64,000 nt of DNA. Source: Enterobacteria phage vB_EcoM_IME540. The stretch lies in sequence record MT150133.1. One strand, given 5' to 3'. The position numbers were made by a program, and so were the translations under genes. Below, piece after piece: positions 8,634 to 17,262 of this stretch. Each line of letters opens with the position of its first letter. Positions within the stretch are counted from its first letter, which is position 1. The notes below the pieces were generated by a model. It was not told the DNA's origin, searched no databases, and saw nothing but the letters and a program-made list of their open reading frames with translations.

Positions 8634-8793
8634 AGTAGTCTCTTAGTGGTGGGGCCATTCCTTGGCACATAATTCGTCCATGTATCCGTATGTAAACCCT
8701 TTACCGCACTTGGGCTCGACCTTATTACAGGTAGGGAAAGGTCCATCACTCAGAGGACGCGACGTTCATGAGGAGAGGGCCGGCTTGCCTTTA

Positions 8794-9093
8794 TTAGAAA
8801 GAACCAGAACCTCTAATTGTGTTCTGGCGACCTTTATTTTCTAATTCGGAGTGGTCGATTTCATATGCTTGTGCTACGCCAAAGGCCTTTTTAACTTTAG
8901 CTAAAGAACCTTTAGATGTAACAATATTAAAAGTATTACCTTTGGTAAAATCAACAAAATCGACTTGTACGCCCTGTTTACCGAGGCTTGCTACAATAGC
9001 ATCAACATATTCTTGGTCTAAATTGCCTTGAACTCCAATTTGAAATGCTTTAGGAGCTTTGGCTTCTGTGATAAATTCTTGATAAGTTTTCAT
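8794..9093 (-). CDS. internal-protein-like (capsid-targeted) protein, ipII position
   Basis: N-terminus MKTYQEFITEAK matches the T4 IP capsid-targeting sequence MKTYQEFIAE; adjacent to denV as ipII is in T4. Confidence 0.6.
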   Translation of the reverse strand: MKTYQEFITEAKAPKAFQIGVQGNLDQEYVDAIVASLGKQGVQVDFVDFTKGNTFNIVTSKGSLAKVKKAFGVAQAYEIDHSELENKGRQNTIRGSGSF

Positions 9094-9136
9094 TGTTATT
9101 CCTTAAGTTGATAGAAGTATTCTATCACGGATTTAA

Positions 9137-9553
9137 TTAAGCGTAAATAGCCTTGCCATAATGTTTGTACCAGGTAGGACGCTGTGCAATTTTTTCATCC
9201 AAACGGGTCTGAGATATAGCAATAGAAGCTTCGTGTGGAGTATAGTCACCACGGAATTCCTGAGGAATGCCACTAATGTCCTGGACAGTAGTATCCTTGA
9301 TATTAAAACCACGTTTTAAACATTCGGCTATAAGCTCAATTTGTCGCTTACGTAAAAATTCAAGCTTATCGTAAAAGAATGTAACATGGCCTGTGCCAAG
9401 GATAAAAGTAGGACTGATTTTGAAATCACGGACACGTTTACCATTAGCAACATGCTTACGAACTGCACCGAAAACACGTGGTAATTCACGATATTCAGCC
9501 ATTAAGTGTTGGTCGGCCAATTCAGATACTAAGGTAAGGTTGATACGAGTCAT
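9137..9553 (-). CDS. denV: endonuclease V (pyrimidine dimer DNA glycosylase)
   Basis: 138 aa, near-identical to T4 DenV as recalled ([34 protein letters not shown]...). Confidence 0.93.
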   Translation of the reverse strand: MTRINLTLVSELADQHLMAEYRELPRVFGAVRKHVANGKRVRDFKISPTFILGTGHVTFFYDKLEFLRKRQIELIAECLKRGFNIKDTTVQDISGIPQEFRGDYTPHEASIAISQTRLDEKIAQRPTWYKHYGKAIYA

Positions 9554-9570
9554 TTTTTAATCTCCTGTAG

Positions 9571-9610
9571 TTGATAGGTCTATAGTATCATGCCTACAGG
9601 AGATGTAAAC
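9571..9610 (-). promoter_or_regulatory. early promoter cassette (PeSL-like) copy 3, upstream of denV
   Basis: Same core; flanked by inverted repeat CTCCTGTAG / CTACAGGAG. Confidence 0.6.
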
Positions 9611-10009
9611 TTATTTATAGGTTTTCATCCAATTCTTGAACAAAGCTGCGACGTCTTTCTCTTTAACGTTCAGTTTAACGTCCAACATTTTACCACCGGC
9701 AGCACGTGTCTGACGAATCTTAGCAGTACCGGTTTCGCCATTCCACTCAACATAATACTGTCCGGTGTTCATTGCAATACCGTCGCCGTAGTCTTCATTT
9801 TTAGAAGTGGTGAATGCCAGCTTCATAGTCTTAGATACACGAGCCTGCATGCCTGTCTGAAGGGCATTACGAACGCGAATAACCTGAGGAGTGGCCTGGG
9901 TCAGGTTTTCATTCAGTTCTTCAGTGAACTCTTCAGATTCAAACATCGCCAAAAGTTCTTTAGATGCAGGAATTACATTCTCTGCGATAAATTCATTATA
10001 AGTTTTCAT
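9611..10009 (-). CDS. internal-protein-like (capsid-targeted) protein, ipIII position
   Basis: N-terminus [11 protein letters not shown] (capsid-targeting-like); between denV and e. Confidence 0.6.
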   Translation of the reverse strand: MKTYNEFIAENVIPASKELLAMFESEEFTEELNENLTQATPQVIRVRNALQTGMQARVSKTMKLAFTTSKNEDYGDGIAMNTGQYYVEWNGETGTAKIRQTRAAGGKMLDVKLNVKEKDVAALFKNWMKTYK

Positions 10010-10490
10010 ATGCTTTCCAAGTACCTGTTTTAAATGTGGAAATCACGCGCTTAGCACGATTAGGAGTTTGTTTATACCAACGGGATTGAGCCAGGTTAAC
10101 TGCTGCATCATCCCAACGTTTTTGCTGAAGCATACGCAGAGAGTTAGTGAACCCTGCTACGCCTGCTTCACCCATTTGGAAGACCATGTTAATTAAAGCA
10201 CAACGACGAACTTCGTCCAGTACATCATAAACAGGTTTCAATTTAGGATTACGCAGAATAGCTCTACGAGCATTTTCAACCGACCGGTTAAAGAGTTGTT
10301 CGGCTTCAGCCATAGTAATACGACCATTGCAAACTCGACCCATAAGCTTATCAAGTTCAGCCCGAGCAACATCTTTAGAAGGATTCTTAGTAATCAATTG
10401 GCCAATACCAATAGTATAGTATCCCTCAGTATCCTTATATAAGTCTAATTTACAGCCTTCATCAAGGCGTAACATATCAAAAATATCCAT
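9996..10490 (-). CDS. e: lysozyme (endolysin, T4 e)
   Basis: 164 aa; [12 protein letters not shown]...[15 protein letters not shown]... closely matches T4 lysozyme incl. catalytic Glu/Asp/Thr context. Confidence 0.95.
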   Translation of the reverse strand: MDIFDMLRLDEGCKLDLYKDTEGYYTIGIGQLITKNPSKDVARAELDKLMGRVCNGRITMAEAEQLFNRSVENARRAILRNPKLKPVYDVLDEVRRCALINMVFQMGEAGVAGFTNSLRMLQQKRWDDAAVNLAQSRWYKQTPNRAKRVISTFKTGTWKAYENL

Positions 10491-10494
10491 AATA

Positions 10495-10520
10495 CCTCCT
10501 GAGTATAGGAGGTATTTATA
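10495..10520 (-). promoter_or_regulatory. lysozyme e late promoter plus SD-sequestering hairpin
   Basis: Minus strand TATAAATA (10513-10520) followed by CCTCC-TATACTC-AGGAGG hairpin (10495-10512) that pairs the e SD. Confidence 0.6.
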
Positions 10521-10970
10521 TCAAAAGAGCGAGTCTAAAACCTTAAACATCGACGGGCCCATGACATATTCCCATTGAGGTCGTTTAATCAAGGCGAACG
10601 CATCGAATTCAGGAATAGTACGACCCTCAGGGAATGTATGGTAAGCCGTACATTTGCAATCCTTGAACTGCTCGTGTTCCACAGGCACCGTATATAAGAA
10701 CAGATGTAGATTCTTATTGCTTGAATATTTGAACTCACCTAGGTCTTTCAGGAATGCAGGATCGTATGCTGTGAATCCAATCTCTTCTTCGGTTTCGCGC
10801 ATTGCCGCTTGAATAGGCTCTTCGCCTGGTTCGACATGACCTTTAGGAATGTCCCATTTATGACGCATATTCTCTGGATTACGAGAGCCTGTTACACGAC
10901 CCATGACCAGTTCTTTATCAACGGTCATGAATAAAATACCTGCCGATAATTCCTTAGCTTTCTTACTCAT
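10521..10970 (-). CDS. nudE: Nudix hydrolase (NudE / e.1)
   Basis: Nudix box GHVEPGEEPIQAAMRETEEEIG; start placed at ATG 10968-10970 (MSKKAKEL...) rather than track start 11075. Confidence 0.8.
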   Translation of the reverse strand: MSKKAKELSAGILFMTVDKELVMGRVTGSRNPENMRHKWDIPKGHVEPGEEPIQAAMRETEEEIGFTAYDPAFLKDLGEFKYSSNKNLHLFLYTVPVEHEQFKDCKCTAYHTFPEGRTIPEFDAFALIKRPQWEYVMGPSMFKVLDSLF

Positions 10971-11199
10971 CGTCTCGTTCCCATGATTGTTTAAAAATAT
11001 CTTGCATAATAATTTGAAGTCTATTTTCTGTTGATGGACTTTCACTATCAGACACTTGAAGCATATAGTCACCAATAGGACAGAACATATCCAAGTCGCT
11101 TTCTAAATCTTCTTTGATTTTCTCTTCTGACGTTCCGGTATCATAGGAATACAGATAAGAATCACATGACTCGGATTTAATATAAATCGCAATACTCAT
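10963..11199 (-). CDS. hypothetical small acidic protein
   Basis: ORF track. Confidence 0.35.
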   Translation of the reverse strand: MSIAIYIKSESCDSYLYSYDTGTSEEKIKEDLESDLDMFCPIGDYMLQVSDSESPSTENRLQIIMQDIFKQSWERDDE

Positions 11200-11789
11200 T
11201 TACGGCATTCCTCAATAAACTCATTTAAATTCCGTTTGATTTTACCTTCGTCGTAAAGACGTTGTTGACGACGTAAACGCCATGGCATTTCAATAGCCAA
11301 GCACCAAATACTTAAAGCAGCGCCAGCTGTGAAAAGGTTCATTAATCCAGCACCAATAATAGTTCGTTCTAGCGCATCATTCCAGTTAGCATCGATTAAA
11401 AATGAACTCAACACTAACATTGGAAGTAAAGTAATAAAATATGCTACAACATATCGTCTGAACGTAAGCCATTCAGTATCGATGAGCTTAGCCTTTCCAT
11501 CTTGGAGACAAATATACTTATCGTCAGTGCGGGTGATTTTCTTTACTGGTTGCCAGCCGTTTACGATATAGCCCATTTTATATTCCTCAATTAAAAGCTG
11601 TTTCATTTCGGCAGTACAACCTGACCAATCTATTGTACTGGCTGAAATTCCTTCATCACCGTCATCGATATTTCGCCAGGACTTTTTAATAATCATATGT
11701 TCACCACTTGGGATAATAATTCCAGCATTTTCCGACCGACGGATGAAGTTTGTATCAATACCCATACAACCGGGTTCATAAAGGGCCAT
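11196..11789 (-). CDS. hypothetical membrane protein with C-terminal NEFIEECRK motif
   Basis: 197 aa; two hydrophobic segments near C-terminus, then basic tail. Confidence 0.5.
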   Translation of the reverse strand: MALYEPGCMGIDTNFIRRSENAGIIIPSGEHMIIKKSWRNIDDGDEGISASTIDWSGCTAEMKQLLIEEYKMGYIVNGWQPVKKITRTDDKYICLQDGKAKLIDTEWLTFRRYVVAYFITLLPMLVLSSFLIDANWNDALERTIIGAGLMNLFTAGAALSIWCLAIEMPWRLRRQQRLYDEGKIKRNLNEFIEECRK

Positions 11790-12478
11790 TACCAGCCCTC
11801 CATAGGGAATTCCAGATATACTTGAGCATTAACGCGGATTTCATTAGTAATCTTTTTAACTCGGTCGGTATTACGAGACACACGACCAAACCAGCGCCAA
11901 CCGTTACTTACTGCACGAGAACCTGTATGCCATGTCTGCCAATCAAACTGGAGCAACGTGCGGTCGGGGGCATCCCACTTGGTTAATTCATTAGACTCAA
12001 TTTTTTCCAGAACTTCTTTATGCCACTGGCGATAGATAAGTTCGCCTTCAGGAATCTGACTGAATTGTGCAGTTCCGGTTGCAAAATGAGTAGGACACAC
12101 ATCAGCGTTAACAAGACCAAGAATATGTTCAGAATGGTATCGAGGATTATCATAATCAGGTTGCCCTGCGGTAATAAAGTGTTGACCCACCGGAATATCC
12201 GGGCGTGGTACATCATCATGGTGGAAGCCTGGAATTGCAGGGTACCAGCCAGGCATTAACATGTGTACACGGGAATCAAATACAATATCAGGGCCACATT
12301 GCCAATCTTCAGGCAGGTTTTCAATAAAGCTACGAGTAATAGGACCGCCATGTTTATGAGCAAAATAAGCATCGCAATTAAAGAACATAGGCTCATTTTT
12401 AATCATATCATTACTGATATCTTGAGCAAAACCACCTACTGCACGAGCTTTAGAATTAAAAATTTTTGGACCGTTCAT
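11789..12478 (-). CDS. hypothetical protein (229 aa)
   Basis: ORF track; long ORF on gene strand. Confidence 0.5.
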   Translation of the reverse strand: MNGPKIFNSKARAVGGFAQDISNDMIKNEPMFFNCDAYFAHKHGGPITRSFIENLPEDWQCGPDIVFDSRVHMLMPGWYPAIPGFHHDDVPRPDIPVGQHFITAGQPDYDNPRYHSEHILGLVNADVCPTHFATGTAQFSQIPEGELIYRQWHKEVLEKIESNELTKWDAPDRTLLQFDWQTWHTGSRAVSNGWRWFGRVSRNTDRVKKITNEIRVNAQVYLEFPMEGW

Positions 12479-12492
12479 AATATTTTCCTCAC

Positions 12493-12705
12493 TTACTTTT
12501 TGTTGAAAAAGTACATTTTACCTTTAGGGGATAAGGATACACGAAGTGCGTTACCAATACCAACTGAACATTTAACCAGGTCAGCAGATTTCAATTCACC
12601 AAATGCTTGACGAAGGTCACCGTCACGAGTGTTAACCATCAGGCATTTAGCACCAGCTGCACGAACTTCGTTTAACATGTTGATTGCTTGGTTAGAAAGT
12701 TTCAT
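12493..12705 (-). CDS. hypothetical small protein (start at ATG 12705)
   Basis: Track ORF begins with TTG at 12783 inside the promoter cassette; ATG at 12703-12705 is preceded by GGAG and the leader AGTGAAATGGAGAATAAAATG. Confidence 0.45.
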   Translation of the reverse strand: MKLSNQAINMLNEVRAAGAKCLMVNTRDGDLRQAFGELKSADLVKCSVGIGNALRVSLSPKGKMYFFNKK

Positions 12706-12731
12706 TTTATTCTCCATTTCACTCTGTTGTT

Positions 12732-12771
12732 TTGATAGGTCTATAGTATCACACCTATAGACCTTGTACAC
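12732..12771 (-). promoter_or_regulatory. early promoter cassette (PeSL-like) copy 4
   Basis: Same core with GTGTACA -35 variant; inverted repeat AGGTCTATAG / CTATAGACCT. Confidence 0.55.
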
Positions 12772-12783
12772 TGTTTTGTGCAA

Positions 12784-13743
12784 TTATTTTTCGAAAGGAC
12801 GAATTAAATGTTGGTTACGCTTAAACCGTTCAATGTAGTCGTTTTCACCTAAAGTCTTGTACATATTAACCACAGCTTGGTAGTTTTCCCATGCATAAGT
12901 GCGGAACCAACCTGAAGTGATTGAGGTGCACACTTTCTCAAGGGCCATATAGAAACTTAATGATGGTGAAATATTGAAGTCATTAGGAACCTGTGAACGT
13001 TCTAGTGCCAGGACACAAGTTTCTTCATACACACCAGCCAGTTTAATAGCTTCAGGCAAAGCCTCGAACTTCTCACGAGAGGTCATGACTTCAGAACCTT
13101 CCTTCATATAAAAGGTATATGCAGGGCGCCCTGCCAATGCCACTGCTTCATGGATAGAGTCGTGGTCCAGAGTATAAATGGGATCATTAAAGAACGATGA
13201 TTTGTTTACATCCAATTTAGGGTGGGAATAGCTCAACGTTTCTTTTTGACGTTGCAACATAATTTCCTGGAGTTCTTCGTTAAGGGTGATACCTTTATTA
13301 CGAAGGTATTTGATGTGGGACATGGTTTTCAAGAAGAACGGATTATTCTTCAAGAAACGATGGGAGGTTTTGATAGCCAGACAGATATCAGGGGTTGCCC
13401 AATAGAAACCTGTAAGACGGTCCTTTTTAATATGATTTTCGGCATATTTCAGGAGACGATAACTTGAGGTGAAATCTTCGTCTTGAAGCTCACCGGTAAT
13501 TTCTCGTACGTTAGTCAGGGCACGAACGATATAAGCTTCAAAATAGGTTTCTTTACCATTGTACATGCATTTAAAAGCCTGGACATCAGGGTTATCCACA
13601 GGAACATGGGCACCAAACATCCGAGCTTTAAAGTGATTCCATGAGCCTTGGTCGGCAATGAAATCCCAATCAGAATTTTCGATATGCTTACTTTCAATCA
13701 GACCAGCGTGGTGCAGTGCACGAGAACCAATAACTAACATCAT
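12784..13743 (-). CDS. hypothetical protein (319 aa) with nucleotidyltransferase-like GS...DxD signature
   Basis: Start set at MM (13743/13740) with GAGGA SD; N-terminal LVIGSRALHHAG...SDWDF resembles pol-beta-type NTase motif; weak. Confidence 0.45.
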   Translation of the reverse strand: MMLVIGSRALHHAGLIESKHIENSDWDFIADQGSWNHFKARMFGAHVPVDNPDVQAFKCMYNGKETYFEAYIVRALTNVREITGELQDEDFTSSYRLLKYAENHIKKDRLTGFYWATPDICLAIKTSHRFLKNNPFFLKTMSHIKYLRNKGITLNEELQEIMLQRQKETLSYSHPKLDVNKSSFFNDPIYTLDHDSIHEAVALAGRPAYTFYMKEGSEVMTSREKFEALPEAIKLAGVYEETCVLALERSQVPNDFNISPSLSFYMALEKVCTSITSGWFRTYAWENYQAVVNMYKTLGENDYIERFKRNQHLIRPFEK

Positions 13744-13762
13744 AATATTTTCCTCAGTAAAC

Positions 13763-14002
13763 TTAAATTTCAGCGACGTAATCGTTATGCAATTCCCACA
13801 TATCATCAGAATTATTCTTAATGATAGGAATTATCTCATTAGAGATTTCTTCAGCATAAGGGTCATTGATACAGTGGGCATCTTCAAAACGAACACCGTA
13901 ATCAGACTTCTTATAAGAGAAGCCATAAATCTTTTTAAACTTGGCGCGAGTAATGCGTACCGGTTCATTAGACTTATCGGACATCGGAGCGTAATACCAC
14001 AT
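13763..14002 (-). CDS. hypothetical small protein (79 aa)
   Basis: ORF track. Confidence 0.4.
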   Translation of the reverse strand: MWYYAPMSDKSNEPVRITRAKFKKIYGFSYKKSDYGVRFEDAHCINDPYAEEISNEIIPIIKNNSDDMWELHNDYVAEI

Positions 14003-14045
14003 ATGTTCTCCTCATGTTTGTGTAGGGTAATAGTAACATGATTTT

Positions 14046-14396
14046 CTAGAGTTGTACATCACTTCTGCAATATTCTAAAAATAATTTATCATTGTCTACT
14101 GTATCCCAACGACGCCAAGACGGGTTCCAGACCAAAGCGTTGTCACCACAATCATTGAGCTTAAAATGGTCGTAGTACATAGCTATGTGTCTAGTCTCGT
14201 CACCAGAGAACCCCAGTATAGGCTCACCGTGGGTGTGATACATATGATGGTGCATTGAGAGGTCGCATTTGTAAAACATCTCACGTTTACCACGAACGAA
14301 CAAGAAGGCCTGTCCATTCATATAGAATTCTTTATTTGTTTTCAAAAGATATTTGAATACTGAATCTTTATGCATAAGTCCTCCTACCACATCCAT
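14046..14396 (-). CDS. hypothetical protein (116 aa), His/Cys-rich
   Basis: ORF track. Confidence 0.45.
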   Translation of the reverse strand: MDVVGGLMHKDSVFKYLLKTNKEFYMNGQAFLFVRGKREMFYKCDLSMHHHMYHTHGEPILGFSGDETRHIAMYYDHFKLNDCGDNALVWNPSWRRWDTVDNDKLFLEYCRSDVQL

Positions 14397-14405
14397 GTGG
14401 TTAAA

Positions 14406-14633
14406 TTATTTTCCTAACGAAATACGAGTAGGTTTTTTACCGAAATAGTCTTCATAAGAACCATCTAAACGACCTGCTTTAGACCGACAATATGAATCGT
14501 ACTTTTTGTAATAAGTCATCTCAGTATTATAACGCGGGTGTCTATCAGCCATAATAATACTTAACGGCCAACCTTTGGCATAATCGCGAAGACCATTTAT
14601 TTTACGAATGTATCTTTTCTTTAATTTTAGCAT
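14406..14633 (-). CDS. hypothetical small basic protein (75 aa)
   Basis: ORF track. Confidence 0.4.
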   Translation of the reverse strand: MLKLKKRYIRKINGLRDYAKGWPLSIIMADRHPRYNTEMTYYKKYDSYCRSKAGRLDGSYEDYFGKKPTRISLGK

Positions 14634-14851
14634 GAGCTCGGATACCAGATTTTACCATCGGCCTGAGCAACGAAGGTGCGTCCAGCTTCTTCACCATAAC
14701 AAGAGCTATTCAGCCAATCTTCGAGACGAACTTCACCGTCATAATCGTCGAGCTCAACACCAAAACTTTGAGCAGAAGCCATATCTTTTACTTTCTTATA
14801 CAGTGCAGCCAGTTCAAGTGCGGCTTTTTCTAATTCATTAATATCAGTCAT
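14627..14851 (-). CDS. small acidic protein, member D of C-terminal-Cys paralog family
   Basis: Start at ATG 14849-14851 (MTDINELEK...), ends ...GKIWYPSSC; junction TAAGG-N-ATG to upstream paralog. Confidence 0.5.
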   Translation of the reverse strand: MTDINELEKAALELAALYKKVKDMASAQSFGVELDDYDGEVRLEDWLNSSCYGEEAGRTFVAQADGKIWYPSSC

Positions 14852-14861
14852 TTTTATCACC

Positions 14862-15074
14862 TTAGCAAGACATAGAGGATGTAAACCAGAAACCTTCACC
14901 ATCTGGGATACCGTAATCATCACGGGCCCATTCATAATCATCATATTCCGGATTCTTTGGAGAAATGTATTGTCCACGACCAGAAACATGGAACTCTTCA
15001 CCCGTTTCGTCAGCCACGGCCTGGCCTTTACGTACTAATTCGCGGATTTGTTTTTCAATTTCATCAATAGTCAT
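14862..15074 (-). CDS. small acidic protein, member C of C-terminal-Cys paralog family
   Basis: MTIDEIEKQ... ends ...GFWFTSSMSC. Confidence 0.55.
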   Translation of the reverse strand: MTIDEIEKQIRELVRKGQAVADETGEEFHVSGRGQYISPKNPEYDDYEWARDDYGIPDGEGFWFTSSMSC

Positions 15075-15083
15075 TTTATTTCC

Positions 15084-15365
15084 TTAACATTCAGAAGAAG
15101 AGGACACCCAACCGCCATTTTCTAGGCTGGTGGTGTAATCATGCTGGTTTACAATAGCATACTGGGCTTCACCGTATTCTTCCCAGTGGGCAAGGTCGGC
15201 TTTCAAGGCGCCAGGAGAATAATAGTCACCGCCCATACCGCGAGCAGGGTATATATTAAAATGAGTCTCATATTTGTTAGCAATTTCCTCGGCACGACGA
15301 ATAGCTTTATGGATATCATTTACTGCGTCAGCCAGCTCTTTATTTTTACGGTAATCATTCATCAT
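15084..15365 (-). CDS. small acidic protein, member B of C-terminal-Cys paralog family
   Basis: ends ...ENGGWVSSSSEC; Gly/Tyr-rich middle. Confidence 0.55.
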   Translation of the reverse strand: MMNDYRKNKELADAVNDIHKAIRRAEEIANKYETHFNIYPARGMGGDYYSPGALKADLAHWEEYGEAQYAIVNQHDYTTSLENGGWVSSSSEC

Positions 15366-15374
15366 AGCGTTTCC

Positions 15375-15665
15375 TTAGCACATTGCCGAAGAGGAGACCC
15401 AAGCACCAACTGTAACGACACCGTTTTCAACTTCACCGCCATTGTTTTCAATTTCATCTTTAAACCATTGGGAGCATTCATAACCGACAGGATAATATGT
15501 ACGGCCTGAACCATAACCACCGGTACTGAATTCAATACCATATTCATCTGCGATTTCTTCACATTTGGATTCGATGGTGCCTACTTTACCCAGCAGGTCA
15601 TAGATAGCCTTTTCTGCGGACAGCGCGCTGTTGTATTCAGGGATTTCAATTTCAATTTTATTCAT
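15375..15665 (-). CDS. small acidic protein, member A of C-terminal-Cys paralog family
   Basis: ends ...VGAWVSSSAMC; Gly/Tyr-rich middle GGYGSGRTYYPVGYE. Confidence 0.55.
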   Translation of the reverse strand: MNKIEIEIPEYNSALSAEKAIYDLLGKVGTIESKCEEIADEYGIEFSTGGYGSGRTYYPVGYECSQWFKDEIENNGGEVENGVVTVGAWVSSSAMC

Positions 15666-16015
15666 GATTTACATTCCTTAATAAAGGTTTCAAGGTCATT
15701 ACGTTTAGTTTGTTTTACATACTCATTATAATTAACCATAGCTAAAGCATATCTCTTTTTACGCGGCTTGTTTATTTTATTAGTTTGGGCAATATCAAAG
15801 ACCCATGGGATAAAAAATCCTATTAAAGCCGGAACCCAAATCCATGCAAGGCTCATATCTTCAAACGGATGGCGAGGCATACCATTAATAATCCCACCGA
15901 CAAGAAATCCAATTATCCCTGCAGTCATACTAGTAGCAATGCCGAGGAATAAGGAAATAGCTATATCATAATCTGCTAATGCGTAACCAGGGTCGGTTTT
16001 ACTAGGCTTATGCAT
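15662..16015 (-). CDS. hypothetical 3-TM membrane protein with C-terminal LETFIKECKS motif
   Basis: Start at ATG 16013-16015 (MHKPSK...); three hydrophobic segments; stop overlaps start of downstream paralog A. Confidence 0.5.
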   Translation of the reverse strand: MHKPSKTDPGYALADYDIAISLFLGIATSMTAGIIGFLVGGIINGMPRHPFEDMSLAWIWVPALIGFFIPWVFDIAQTNKINKPRKKRYALAMVNYNEYVKQTKRNDLETFIKECKS

Positions 16016-16544
16016 TTTGAACCTCTTTAGCGTATTCGCGACATTCAGTAATAAAACGATTAAGTTTACGTTGTTGTTTACGAATCTCTGATGTATACTC
16101 ATTGGCTAAAATAATAAGCTCATCTTTATCGTAATTTTTAATATCCGAATAACTCGGGCGGCGGTCGACCATACCAAAGTGGTCACCATTTTCTAACATC
16201 AAATAGCATACTAAATGGTAATCATCGTCGGCATCAACAAGCTGTTTATAATCGCTTGGTTCATTTAAAGAGTATACTGAATAGCGTAGCCCAGCGAATT
16301 CCACTCGTTGAATAGCCAGATTTACGTCAATAATTTCTAAAGCATCTGCAAAAGAAAGGTCCTCAGCTAAAGCAAAGATAAAGGGTAATTTGGTAGTATG
16401 CCCACGGCTAGATGTTCTGCTTAAGAAATCGTTTGAATAACCTAGGTCTTGGCGAATTCTATAAAGAACTGCATTAGTTTCATGTGAAAGACCACTATGT
16501 TTAAACCAATCAATATTTGATATCAGGTCGTCGTATAAACTCAT
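16008..16544 (-). CDS. hypothetical protein (178 aa) with C-terminal NRFITECREY motif
   Basis: ORF track. Confidence 0.5.
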   Translation of the reverse strand: MSLYDDLISNIDWFKHSGLSHETNAVLYRIRQDLGYSNDFLSRTSSRGHTTKLPFIFALAEDLSFADALEIIDVNLAIQRVEFAGLRYSVYSLNEPSDYKQLVDADDDYHLVCYLMLENGDHFGMVDRRPSYSDIKNYDKDELIILANEYTSEIRKQQRKLNRFITECREYAKEVQNA

Positions 16545-16592
16545 AATATTCTCCTCTCCTCCAAATAGGGAGACCGAAGTCTCCCGGTAACA

Positions 16593-17186
16593 TTACTTAA
16601 GTGAATTAATGTAGTCTTCGATATCAGCAGAAGTCGTATCCATTCCAACTTGCGGGCCTTTAAACGTTTCTACGCGCATCAGGGTGTCTTCGATATCAAT
16701 CTTGGTCAGTGCAGCAATTTCAACAACATCGTCGGCAGTAGCAATACCAAGGGCAGCCATATTACGAGTTTCACGGATGTACTCGAGCTTAACAGCCAGT
16801 TCCTGACGAGAGTCATCAAGTTCCTTAACCTTCAGTTTAATTTCATTACGCATTTCGATATAATCATCGGCTTTCTTACGAAGCTGAGTAGCTGTACGAC
16901 GATAAAGGAGACCGAGTTTAGCATGTACCTGGACATCAGAGCCTTCGGCAATCAGTTTACGAATTTCACGTTCTTTAGAAGCAGCGAGCTGGTCTTTTTC
17001 ATTAGCCAAAGCACGAATACGTTTTTCTTCATTCACAGACTTAACATGAGCAGTCTGGAGTTCAGTGATTTTATCAATCAGAGTAGAAGCAGCTTTGGTG
17101 TATTGGTCTTCGATTGACAGGTTCTGAGCCATTGCGGTGCCCAGTTTAGAACGAATGAATTCAACGATTTTCTTTAAAGTGTTCAT
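16593..17186 (-). CDS. coiled-coil protein, possibly PspA/IM30-like
   Basis: Start at ATG 17184-17186 with GAAGGA SD; predicted long helical/coiled-coil protein with N-terminal amphipathic FxxIVxxI pattern; assignment tentative. Confidence 0.35.
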   Translation of the reverse strand: MNTLKKIVEFIRSKLGTAMAQNLSIEDQYTKAASTLIDKITELQTAHVKSVNEEKRIRALANEKDQLAASKEREIRKLIAEGSDVQVHAKLGLLYRRTATQLRKKADDYIEMRNEIKLKVKELDDSRQELAVKLEYIRETRNMAALGIATADDVVEIAALTKIDIEDTLMRVETFKGPQVGMDTTSADIEDYINSLK

Positions 17187-17262
17187 AGTATTTCCTTCAG
17201 TTGGTTGATATTTTGTAATCCATGAGGACATTATACCCTGTCCTCTGAGGTTTGTAAACATT

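Noticed and set aside
9612-9619. TATAAATA on minus strand overlapping the stop of the ipIII-like gene
   Set aside because: Could be a late promoter for denV but lies inside the early-promoter cassette region and may be a chance match; not called.
9590-10033. 147-aa plus-strand ORF
   Set aside because: Antisense to the IP-like gene and the 5' end of e; the surrounding genes are all minus-strand.
16650-17117. 155-aa plus-strand ORF
   Set aside because: Antisense to the coiled-coil gene at 16593-17186 within a uniformly minus-strand region.
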